Source of the DNA: Bugula neritina
Taxonomy: Eukaryota; Animalia; Bryozoa
Assembly: GCA_964035545.1 (NCBI GenBank)
Contig: OZ037773.1
Coordinates: forward strand, 5,547,751-5,611,750
DNA length: 64,000 bases
Reading direction: 5' to 3'
The notes below the pieces were generated by a model, which was given only the letters and a program-made list of their open reading frames with translations, did not search any database and was not told where the DNA came from. The translations under genes and the position numbers were made by a program. Shown piece by piece: positions 13,791-26,070 of the stretch. Position 1 is the stretch's first letter; each line of letters begins with the position of its first letter.

Positions 13791-14269
13791 GTTGGAGACA
13801 TTCAGTGGTGGGCTGAAAGTGTAATCACAAAAGTAGCTATACGCAAACAAATTTAATGTTATTTTGACTCCAATCATTTTTCTTTATATTCTCACTAAGC
13901 TAGGAAAACCTTGTAATGTTACTAAAATATAAAAACTCACATTTGTGTAATGTTTCTATTCCTGCGAAAAATCCTGATGTCACGAGTTGTTGGAGGGCAA
14001 ACTAGGACACTGTTAAAATCGTTCTGCTCCTAGCACATAAAGAACTATAGTCAGCTGATTCTCTTGGTAGTCCATTCGCAACCTATGAACATAATTTATG
14101 CTAATGTTACTGTTGTATCGGGCCATTATAATTTTGTTTGTTATTTAAAAGCTCATCAGTTATAAATTTGCTCTCCTCCTAAATATTTTACTTTGATACA
14201 ACAATTGGTTTGAACAATTACATACAATATTTCTATTGCTTTGTTATTTACAGAATATTGGACTGAAAT

Positions 14270-17200
14270 ATGCAGCTAATTTACCCATTTCTATTAATGT
14301 TGACATGTAATTTAAGTAAGTAATGTATAGTATACAGTTTAAATCAGGCTTTTTAATTATATTTTCCTACTTCTAATATATCATATTACATATAAAACTA
14401 AAATTACAATGTCAATTACATAACCCTATAAATTTCAATCATCATTATTCACTCTATTATAATAAAAAGGGTTAGCCTACTTATAGTTATTGAATTTAAA
14501 TTGAAAAAGACGACACACCAAGAATATAAAACTTGTCATACTTGTAAAATATTTGCTATAAGTTTATTTACTGTTTTGTAGAATAAATTTATCTGGTGAT
14601 CAAAATATTATATTGATAGAATGGTTAGTAATTTTTAGACCTCTCAATAGTGCTAATATATTCCGAGTGTGAGTGAAACTGTAACATTATAATATTGCTA
14701 GTTAGTATGGAATAAAGATAGTCACAGCTAATCTTTGAAATTTCACCAATTGCTCTAATCTTGAAACTTGCAGCTTATTAAAAATACCTTGGTACCCTTT
14801 CCTATATACTCACCAGGGAGCTCAAGCCATTTCTTTATTAGGTGAATGTTTCTGTGTCGGTCTGTATTTTTTTCTCTAGGTGCCTGTATAGTATATGCTG
14901 TATAATTACCTGCAATTTATTCTCCATATTTTATCAATGTATAATATTTTCAAAAGTTATTTATAAATGAATAAAATACTCTTTGCTAAGTTCTGTAGCC
15001 CTATAATAATGTTTGTATTACCTGCGAAAAGGTTTAGCTCTACGAGTGTTTTGCAGATGGTGTTTTTACTTTACAACCTCTAAATCTATTAACTGTTAGA
15101 ACAGAGACTCTTTCTACTAACCAAGTCTTTTGTTTTGAAGGTGTACAGGTGAGCAAAACTTTCTTCACAAACTAAAACATTAAATAAAGTTTTTTAAAAT
15201 CATATACAGCAACATGAAGGTGTCATACTGTGTTTGTTATACTGTGTAGTCAAACTGTGTAGTTATACTGTGTAGTTATACTGTATAGTCAAACTGTGTA
15301 GTCATACAGTGTAGTCATACAGTATAGTAATACTGTATATAGTCATACTGTATAATTATATACTCTCATACACCTATTATTTGTGAGCATATAATTATGA
15401 GAAAGAAAAATGACTGGAATTTTTACTATTTATCACTCTATAGGATTCTACATACATATTTATTGCAGAGCTCTGCTAATTTATAAACTAGCTCTTGTAG
15501 CGTAGCGTTTATTTTGTAAATTTGAACATTTTTATTTTAGGTTTAAATATGCATAGAACGTTATTCTAGATCATTATATCTGCTGTTCACAAAATTGATC
15601 GTAAACTTGCAGATTAATGTGGCTAATGACTCAGAGCTGCTATTAGCTGTTTGTAGAATACAGGTTGCTTCCATAGCAACGCTTCCCATAGATCAACTTA
15701 CACAGCCATACAAAGGTAAGTAAACACTGGCACAACTATTTGAAAGTAAGTGATCTATTTACACAAACATTCAAAGGTAGCATAACTGAGAAAAGGTAAA
15801 AAAACTTCAGCGCTATGTCTAAGACTTAACTCACAACTTAACTTATAAAAATTATTGTTTTCAACATGTTGACTTTTGCTTTAATATTTAAATTTGATGA
15901 TTTATAAATTATTTAGTCATTCTGATTCTATGCAAAAGTACATTCAGATTAATCTAAAGATAATTTTCTTGATGCATTCTTTTCTCATTTCGCTTTGCTT
16001 TGTTTCTTTTGAGCTTTCAACTATTTGGTTTGTCTAAACTCACAAGCCTCATGTCACTTTTCAAGAACTGTATGGAAATGCCTCACAGACACAAACAGGC
16101 ATCTCTACTGATGGGTTTGGAACAAATGCCAGATTGGCTCAACCTGAGTCAATGTACCAGACTAAGGATGGCAAAACATTGTACTTCTTAGACCAGAAGA
16201 CATGTGTACGGAAAGTGAACAGAACTAGTGGAGAAGTTGAAACTATCATAGGTGCGAACCTTACGTAGGTTTTTTTACTGTTTTAGATGTAACAGTGAAA
16301 ACTCTTTTAAGTACTTCTTATACAAGTATATGGTATAAGATAGTTGCAGTGTGAAATACATTATTAGAACCCAGGCTACACAGTTACGGACTTATTTATA
16401 GTTAGTAGCATTTCTTGTCCCTCTTCTATGCAGTTAGTTTGAATTATGGTCAGGGTCAAAGGTTAGGATCAAAAGCATCAAATCGGCCAAGCCAGTATAA
16501 ATATACTGCAGTAGTATACTAAGGCATGCATTTATGAATGTTTTTGTATCAAATACAAAGTTATCCAATACATTTTGAAATGAAAATTGTTTCTCTTTTG
16601 TTCTATGACTAAAATCGAAATAAGCAAAAATATGGTTACAGTACAAGCCATTGAAAAGCATGGTTTATGATTAAATAAAACTTAATCTAACAAGTTTTCA
16701 TGGTTTCATTCAGTTATTAATACAGTTCCAATTAATTAGGTTTACAAATTATCTGATTTATATATATAGTTGTTTTATAATCTAGTTGTTGCTGATACAA
16801 ATTATGTATTTTATATCTTCTTCAACAGTTGTATATATGGTTAACTACACACAAATATTTATTTCATTTCTCTTTATTATATTGTTATAGACAAGCTTTT
16901 AACTAATATAGATGAATATCATAGGTTTAGTATTGGAGCTGGGGACAAACTCTACATAGGCCTAAGTGTTGAAATATTTGCTGGACAATTCTAAAGGTGC
17001 CAGTGTATATGCAAAACAGCATGTTTCATATTTTAGGTAAAGGAACTTGTGGTACAAAATTATTGAATTTTAATTCAACAGTTATCCAGGGATGGTCCCT
17101 TAAAATTGTTAATGGCATGACATACTATGAACCAGCCAGCACTTTTATCATATCTTTAAGAAATGTGGTAAGCCTTTTGGGAAAGATTGTGCCATGAAAT

Positions 17201-20200
17201 ATTATATACTTATAGCTTTAGACGTAACAACATTAGAGTGAAAATGTTTTCTTCAATAGGAAATCAAAAATTTGCTTTTATTTTCCTTTATAATGTACAT
17301 AAATACATGCTTGTGTGTGCGTGCGTGTGTGTGTGTGTGTAAGATCATCAACTAAGTACTTATTTTAGCTATTAATAGATATTTTTTACTATCTATATTT
17401 TATAAATTGAAAAGAAAATATATAAAAATGTCGCAAACTATTTTTATGGTTTAGGATATTTTTATCTAATTTATTGCCCTATGTTACAGAGCATATTACT
17501 GTTTTATACTCTCAATATCATTATAATATTTTGTTTGAAGGGTGTGTTTGCTTTCAACTATGATCCAAACTCTCTCCAGTACACATCTAGACAACTCTTT
17601 AGTACATCTAGTAACTTTGTCAGTAGTGTACACAGCTCTCTATTAGTAATTGGGAGCTACATATGGCACAGCTATGGTTATGGTGAGAGAAATCAAATTC
17701 TATTATGTCTTTTACCATAGCAAAATAAAATTTTAAAAACTCAAACTTACTAGAAATAAACATAGACCCGAGGTGATTAATTCTAAAGACTGCCTTTGTT
17801 GAGTTCACTAGTGAATTATAGTTGTTCAATTGATATTTTGAAATTTAAATATATATAAATAAATTGTTTTCTATTATATGCTGTGACTAAAAACAAGAGT
17901 TCAACAAAGAATCATTTAAGCAAATCCTTGTTTGTATCACTTTTAGCGCCATCTTTGTACCTCTGTACCATTGCAAATTGCTGTCATTGTGTTGATATAT
18001 CTTAATTATTTACTAAAATAGTATTATTATTATATAAAAAGTTTTTGCAGTATATTATAATGTTCAAGGAAGGGATTGCAGCCGTGGTCTAGGGGTTAGA
18101 GTGTTGGCTTTGCGAACGCAAAGTCAGGGATTTGAACCCGACAAAGGTCATTGGTGATGCTAGAAAGAGCATTCAGTCATAATTGCTCATGTGCCTCATA
18201 TGAATAAGTTCTTAACTCGTTCTAACAAAAATTCTTTCTATCAGGGGTTTCTTACAGGGAAAACGACTATAAACTTGTGTGAGTTTTTTTACAATGTTCA
18301 AGGAATAAGTGCGTCAACCTTGTACTGATTTAGTATCTTTTCACTAAATTAATAATATACTGTAGCATCAAACATCAGTCCTCATTGGTTCAAGAGCTAA
18401 GATATAACCAATAGGCTATATCCGAATGTATATACAAATTCATGCTCATGCTTATTATTGATTCTTTAAAATACATGTTCAGAAAAGTTTTCGCTGCTCA
18501 AGACAACTGTTAGAAAACCGAAATTATATGTTAAAATATGTTGAAATTTTTGTATATGTGTGTGTGTGTGTGTGCGTGCAAATATTATACTTATTGTTCA
18601 TTGATATTATTGATTTTGTAGATATCTATCAGTATAATGTCCGTGGCTTTACCAGCGCAGGTACCGGAACATTGTCATATGCCGATGGCTCAATCCGCCA
18701 CTTTTTAAGGTTGGAAGATGTTTCCTGTTTTGATTTAAAACAAATTACTATATATACAACATGGCTTGAATATTATATTGTTTTGTATACCAAATTGGGC
18801 ATATCAATTACATTGGATGCAACTAGCAATATCATGACAAAAATACTGTCCTATTTACTAACATTTATGCAGCTGCTGTAGTTTACAGAAAGTTATTTGA
18901 AAGACTTTATGCTAAATTCTCGCTTATATAGAACTAAAAATATATTTACAAAAGATGGTTATAGGATACATTTTTGTAATAGAAATAAAAACTGAAGATA
19001 TTGCCAATTATATTGTAGCTCCACCCCTCCTGGCAAAAGCCCGACATCTACAGCTATTCATCAACACAATCAAAACACAACGGCATTAAATCTAGAATTC
19101 AATGGAATTCAATTGACCGCTAATAATCCAAACATATTGACGATATACCATCTAAATAGACTAATGCTATACAATCTGGTTACAGGTGGGGTGTTGATAA
19201 ATTGGAATTGAACTTTACGTAGTTTATAATAACTGGAATCAACGAGTTAGCCGTATCAAATACTAAAAATATTATCATTCAAATTATAGCTGCATTCAAT
19301 TAAGCAAAAAGGTCAAATGGTCACAATGCAAGCTAAGGGCTTATTCAAAGTTATGTTTCTATAGTTGCATATTGTTTTAGTTTAATATATATATTATATA
19401 GTGAAACAATATAATTAATGATGTAATACAATAGAATTGATAAGATATAATGTTATATGATATAATAGGTTGTAATTAGTACATCATCATCATCATTGAT
19501 GTACTAATTACAACCTATTATATCATAATGTAATATGATATAATGGGATATAAAGATGTAGTATAATTATTATGATGTACCATGATACAATGTTATAGGA
19601 GAGATTGGTGTTAATATGATATAATATTATATAATATAATATTATTTAGTATAATATAATGTAATGTGCAGTAATGTATATGCAATGTGACATGATATAA
19701 TATAATATAATATAATATAATATAATATAATATAATATAATATAATATAATATAATATAATATAATATAATATAATATAATATAATATAATAATATATAA
19801 TATAATATAATATAATATAATATAAGATAATCTGGTGCTGTAGTGTGAGTTGAGACTAGAAAAACTTCATTTCCTGTGAATGTCTGAGCTAACTAATGTT
19901 ATATTACAGGAGATTTGACTCCTATTTGTCCGGGTTCTGGTACTAGTAGTGTGGATGGTGATGCAACGCAGTGTCAATTCTCATTAATTATGGGAGCTCT
20001 CTGGATTAATGAATATAAGCTGTTGGTTATGCAATTTCCTCAAATTGTGAGAGTTGGAGAGTGGGGTGAGCAATAGCTGTAAGAGTTTCAAGTTATTGTG
20101 ACAGCAGATTGTCATAGAGAGAATATGAGCCCAGATTTTGAATCAGCATACCACCAACAGTCAGAAAAAAATATTTGTATTTAACTTAAAAAGTAATAAC

Positions 20201-22143
20201 TTTGACTATTGGTTTGTACCAAAGTATACAATATATAATATAACAGTATTTTGTTTTACCTATCGGCTTTCCAGTAATCAAACTATAGATCATGTATGCA
20301 CTTCTTACGATTTTATAAATTTTAGTCAATTTGTTTGATCAATAATATTGTCACAAGTTTTCAAAACTAAACCAGACTTGTTTGGAAAAGTATTTCTACA
20401 GAACCTATCTCTGTGTTAGCAGTTAGATAATCACAATTGTAAGGATAATACCTAAAATATTCAATGCCTTGGCAAAGCTTAATACAAGTAAACTAACTTG
20501 ATTTGACGTTATAAGCCTAAACTTGACGGATCCTAATTATTTTTATGTATCTAATCTTGGGTTCAACTTTTCGACCTAACAAGTATTTTAGCTCTAACAT
20601 TTTTTCAGAACAGGCCTGCCTGCTGTGAAGCTCTACATTACATGATTTGCAGCTTCAAGTTGGATTTCATTTTTGTATATCTGATTATTAGAACTAATCA
20701 TGTGCTACATTGAAACTTATTGAAACTCCTTTTTATTTCAGAATAAGTCTACAATTGATTATTTAGGTTTGAGACAGTATAATTTTATGTATGCACCTTT
20801 AATAAATTACACTTTTTATTTTTAGAGGTTCCAACTACAACTACTACTACATCTACAACTACTACCACAACTACAACTACCACTACAACTACAGCTACTA
20901 CTACAACTACAGCTACAACTACTGCTACTGATATTAGTTTCACTAAAAAGACTATTACCGCTGTTTTAACCACCACTATTTCAGCTAATACTACCACCGC
21001 CAGTGCCGACGAGTTTAAAGGTAGATCAGAATATTGGAATATTTCTATATCTGCTTCTAAGTAAAGTGTATTATTAAGTTTTAATTACAGTAAAAAAAAT
21101 AATTTAATTAACCTAGCTATTGTCATTAAACAGTATGAATAGTATAAATAGCAATTAAAGCTACTATTTTTTTTACTACAAAATATGTTTTCTAAGAGAT
21201 AAATAAAGCAAAATCATTGTTTTTCTTTATGGCATAAGAAAGAAACTATCCATTTAACTTTCAGTGTTCTGAATTGTTGATACAAGCAGGTAATTTTAAT
21301 TGAACTTATAATGATCAACTCAAATAGTAATCCTAGGCTAGAGACGTATGACTCAGAAATACTAGGTAAAATCTAAAGTGATAAATTAGAATGAATATTT
21401 AATTGAACTTAATTGTTACTAGATTAACTCAGTATAGAGGCCTTTAAAATTATATAATTGCACAAAACGTACAGTTTATAGTCCAATAAAATTCTCCTTT
21501 ATAACACACTCAGGTTTTCACAGGAATAGAGCTTTTAAGGTATCCCGTTATGAGTTGCAGTTTTAGATATAATATGCTTTGACGACTTCATCTAAATATT
21601 TTCTCACCAAGACGGAGGTGCAGTATTGGAAAAACTAAAAATAACTGTGTTCTTGATTAGAAATGTAACAAAAGAAGTTATGCTCCAGCTCAAATTTCGG
21701 TTTGGGGCGCAAATTTCAACTTGCGCCCCAAACCGAAATTTGATACAAAAAATTAACAATTTTTCCATTACTGCTCTTAAATGTTTCATACATGGTGAAA
21801 GGCAAAATCATTAGCATATAAAACTTAATTCATTGGTCTTTTTAACAAATATTTAAACATGAACCAAATAAGTTTTAATTGTAAATCTAAATATAATTTT
21901 AATTAAAAAGCATTGATGCATTATAATATATAAGTAATATTTGCTTGGCTATAATCTCTACTTTTAGTTGACAAGAAAGCAAGCAGGTCTTGGATCCTTT
22001 CAATCATCCTCGGGGTTGTAATATTTTTGGTTTTTGTAACCTCTACTATAGTAATACGAATGAAGCTTTCAGCAACTCAACAGGAGCCAAAGCCCCTCTC
22101 AGATGCTAATTTAGTACCAGACAATGCTCTTCTTGCAGTTTAG
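14270..22143 (+). CDS. Type-I membrane protein, copy R: signal peptide, NHL-repeat-like beta-propeller, short Thr-rich stalk (~65 aa), TM helix, short tail; 11 coding exons, ~493 aa
   Basis: Exons: 14270-14315, 15057-15148, 15613-15715, 16066-16251, 17037-17167, 17541-17682, 18622-18709, 19019-19185, 19910-20065, 20826-21020, 21968-22143; phases are consistent. MQLIYPFLLMLTCNLNGVFT...; ICPGSGTSSVDGDATQCQF; TM WILSIILGVVIFLVFVTSTIVI-RMK; ends DNALLAV*. Confidence 0.85.
18072..18292 (+). mobile_element. tRNA-derived SINE with 13-bp target-site duplication
   Basis: A-box-like GTGGTCTAGGGGTTAG and B-box-like GATTTGAACCC; TSD aatgttcaaggaa at 18059-18071 and 18293-18305; the homologous site in copy L (~7685-7705) is empty; homologous to 27389-27596. 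Confidence 0.85.
19696..19830. repeat. (ATAAT)n microsatellite
   Basis: Direct reading; degenerate counterpart at 6244-6420. Confidence 0.95.
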
Positions 22144-25100
22144 CTGGCTAGATCTATGATAAGCAAAGTATATTTGTCTTTATAATAATGCTGTTAAATG
22201 CTGAAGTATAATATATGTGTAAGATGATAAAGATTTCATGAAACTTTATAGTAATATTGTTTTTTTAATATCAATATAAGCAAGTTTTATATATAATTAT
22301 AATAAAATGTGTATTATAAAATAAAAAAATTAAAAAAATTGGAAGTGGTAGAAATTTTCTTCCATGGAGCAGTAGTTTTTTAAAGTAGTAATTTGATTGA
22401 CCTATGTCTCAAAAATTCTTCCTTGATTAGGCATGTTAAGTTTTTTTGGGAAGAACTTATGAATCATAATAGTACAAAACAATTTTTTTAATTTTTCTCA
22501 CCATTTGCAAACAGTGCCTGCATATTTTCTTGGAGTTATCTCACCGTATCATACCACCGAAGTGTTGGTAACTCCATGTTGAAGTCATATACAATGATGG
22601 TACTCAGTTTTCCCATAATGCAACTGAATGTAAAGTTGAAGCAACAGCAGAGCGAATGAAAAAACATTAAAATATTGTTGAAAATATATTTTGTAGGGTA
22701 CTACAGCAATCTGAAGTTATTTATAGTAATATTGCTTTATATATGTCCAACAGGTACAATTTAGGACAATTGCTTTCTTAAACAAACGCAAAATCATTAA
22801 TTCATTATAAAAAGACAGCCTTAACAAATATTTTATTCGAAAGTTTTTTATGAAGCATATTAGTTAGTGTTTTATTCTAATATGATTCAGTTTTAAGCGG
22901 ATCAGTCAATATTTTAAACTAATAACTAAGTAGGACATAATTAAAGAAAGTATTTGCTAACCCAGGGAAAATTAAAAGTATTTCACAATTTTTTTTATTC
23001 CATTACATTCACAAATACTAGCTAATTTTAAACGTGTATTAGTTAAAATAATTTAAGTTAACCTTATAAATTACACCAACAACTTATTACTAAGTCCATA
23101 TGAATTTTTTTTCTTTTGTAATATGAACACAGAACAGATTTAATAAAAATATGTTTGCATGACTTGAAAGCTATTTGTAGTTTTTTATATATAACTGCAA
23201 AATGTTAACATGGTTTTCTTAAAAATAAACATGATTAGAGTTATTCAAATAACTAAGTCGTTTTTTGTAATTAGGAATTTTAGGCTCTCCAAATTAATTC
23301 AATATTATTTAAAGTTGAACACGTAATGTTATGCAAAACACAAACTCATAAAAAAATATTATATATGATACTATATGTTATAGTAAACTCACTGTAGCAA
23401 TAGCAAAATGCTACATTGATCCTAATTAATGACAAAATAAAGATTTTTATCTTACTATATTATAACACAAACATTGCCGCTATAATATAATATTATAAAA
23501 TTTTTACATTTTTAAGAGAAAACAACTCCTAACTGCTGTTATAGTCTAAGATTTACATCAAAGTATGTAAAGATCTCTCACAGAGTGCAACGCTTATGTA
23601 ATATTAAACAGTAATGTAAACATATAAACATATGCATCATATATGCCATAATTTCTTTTGCAAGGTATTTTAATTTAAAAAAACAGTTTGAAATAATAAT
23701 TTTCTATACCTCGTACTGGAACGGCTATAACATACCTCTCAATGGAGCAAGTGATTATGAAAAATATTTGGTCAATACTTTTGCTTTTTCTTAGCTACTA
23801 AAACAATAAAATTTGACAGCTTTTATTAAAAGCTTTCACAGTTACAAGTCTTTCAAGTTTGGATCCTAGTATGGTTATTTGAAACTTACAGGTATTGGTA
23901 TAGCCAACCCTTTACCTATGTAACACGTGCTTTATTTTGTTCTAAAGTATTTCTGGTAGTTCTGCAAAAGGAAATATTGTCATTTCACCAGATCTGAACT
24001 CTAAATGCCCCCATGAGGTCATTCTGGAAAAGGCATTCTTCCAATGACAAATCCTTCTCGCAGTGCACTGTTTGTCCACAAAACTGCATTTTTATTTATT
24101 CATGGTAACACAGTTCTGTTGTCGTGTATAATAAATTTAAATGTGGCAAAATATGCACAGATAAAAGACACAAAGCTTGCAGCAAAAACAATGACATTGT
24201 GAAAAGTTGATAATTGAACAGGAAAACAAAAATCAAAAATATTATACCATGAATGTGTGAAACTATTTTGATTATTATAAAAACAACTGTTATAAATAGC
24301 ACAACCACTGGATGATGTTTAAAAACAATGAATATCTATTTTGGTGTATAGTGCAAGCTAAGTATCATAGATTGTACAATGTCGCTACTTTAACTGCTTA
24401 TTTCATGAATTTGAAATGAATTTAAAAAATATTGGTGGGCTGTGAAAGTGATTTGCTAAGCAATCTCAACACAGACTGCAGGGCTTATAAAAAATTATGC
24501 TTAAGCATAAACTTGTTTTCCCAGCATTACGTGTATTTTATTATTTATTTAAGATTATATTACAATTTATAATAATATAGTTTTAAGGGTTTAATTTTGT
24601 ATCATATTGCCAACTTAAATTTTGCTTAGAAATTACTACTATACAACTCTTATAACTTAATGAATACTAAAATCTAGAGTTCAAAGTTCATCTCTCTTTT
24701 GCTAGAATATTCTTTGGAAACTATAAGCATCAAATGCACTTGGATCAAATAGTTTTCACAGTTTCTATACAGAAATCCTTAGGTTATACAATGTATTCTG
24801 TCTAATCTAAGTTACTGACATCTTCAGAGACGTTTTTTATTATTAAATGAACAAAATACATAGTGTGTGCAAAATTTGAATTAAAATTGAATTTATAATA
24901 ATATTGTAAATTATAAATTTGTATCCAACTTGGACACACATCACAAAGTTGCGCATCAATAAACTACCTAAAATACTAATGTTCTTATAATATTATTATA
25001 GAAAGTAAACTAACTAATGAAAAGCCATGTGGAATAATGCCAACCTATATTTTAACTTGACAAATTAGTTATCAGTTATTTCCAAGTATAAAAATAGTTA

Positions 25101-25990
25101 TTTAATATAAAAATAAATAGTCATGTAGTTACAACATATTTGTAATATGTCTCAAAATTATATCAAATAACTTAAACATGAAAATTCTGTTTTTTGATGT
25201 TTAAAACTTAGATAAAGCATTATTCATCTATTAAAATTCAGATAAGCCTACTATAGTAATGGTTTGTATTAACACTAATGACCAATTCTAAATAACCCAA
25301 GTTACACCAATAAATAAGAAGCAGCAATGTCTATATACAAGTTTATGATATTTACAGCTTGCCAGCGCTAAAAATTCATAAAGACTGTATACAGCTTATA
25401 GTACGTTTCTGGTTTACCATAAAACTATCACAAATAATTAACTTACATTTTAACATTTTTGAATGACATAGCATTCAGTTTGCTGTTCATGATCTCCAAA
25501 ATGTTAAATACTTAACTATAAACTAAGTATTATATGATTATGTTGTGTGTTTTATTTCCATTGTACTAGTGCAGCTGTATTGTGCTGTGCATATGTTATG
25601 TTATATTATGTTGTGCTATATTACGCAACATTGCATTGCATTATGTTATAATACAATATTTTTGTCATACTTTTTAATATGGAAATATTGTATTGTGACC
25701 AATTTGTAATAATATATTATATTATATATCTATAAAATTATGACAAATGTAAAAGAATATGAAACGTAATGGAATATGATGAACATAACATTATGCATTG
25801 ACTTGCATAAATCCAAGCTTTACATGAGGCAATATAATCCCTGTTTAAATATCATTTGTGGCACTTTCTGCCATGTCACCAGTTTGAACTTATGTCCAGG
25901 GGTCATGGCAGAGACTACAATAGGACTTCATAGTCGACTCCAGTTCCTTTCAGAGGAAAATATAAGAGAATTAAATTGTGTAACCCCTGA

Positions 25991-26070
25991 CCAGGTGCCT
26001 GTGAAACCAGCTGCCTGTGACACCAGGTGCCTGTGACACCAGGTGCCTGTGACACCAGGTGCCTGTGATA
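25991..26070. repeat. Five tandem 16-bp units CCAGGTGCCTGTGACA
   Basis: Direct reading. Confidence 0.9.

Larger units (their letters stand above)
3680..22530. repeat. Large inverted segmental duplication (left arm ~3680-12328, right arm ~14013-22530, unique spacer 12329-14012)
   Basis: Reverse-complement match: ~8455-12328 vs ~14013-17315 is nearly identical including introns; outer parts match patchily out to the putative 3' UTRs (3700-3800 vs 22390-22500). Confidence 0.92.

Noticed and set aside
14582-14623. Possible extra exon (INLSGDQNIILIE) in intron 1
   Set aside because: Phase is incompatible with exon 1 and would give an immediate stop; exon 1 joins exon 2 cleanly.
16000-16191. ORF MFLLSFQLFG... 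and its mirror 9622-9813
   Set aside because: Wrong frame; the NHL-like exon 4 is in the neighbouring frame and has matching splice phases.
16434-16522. Possible alternative terminal exon (VSLNYGQGQRLG...VVY*) giving a secreted form
   Set aside because: A short open frame inside a converted intron, so conservation between arms is uninformative; no other support.
8455-17315. Inverted repeat as a pure assembly artefact or haplotype duplication
   Set aside because: The arms carry substitutions, indels (for example ~200 bp extra at 14345-14546) and different repeat lengths, and continue into clearly diverged paralogous sequence; read-level confirmation is still advisable.
18076-18145. tRNA gene
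   Set aside because: No complete cloverleaf; it continues into a shared body with a TSD, so it is a SINE head.
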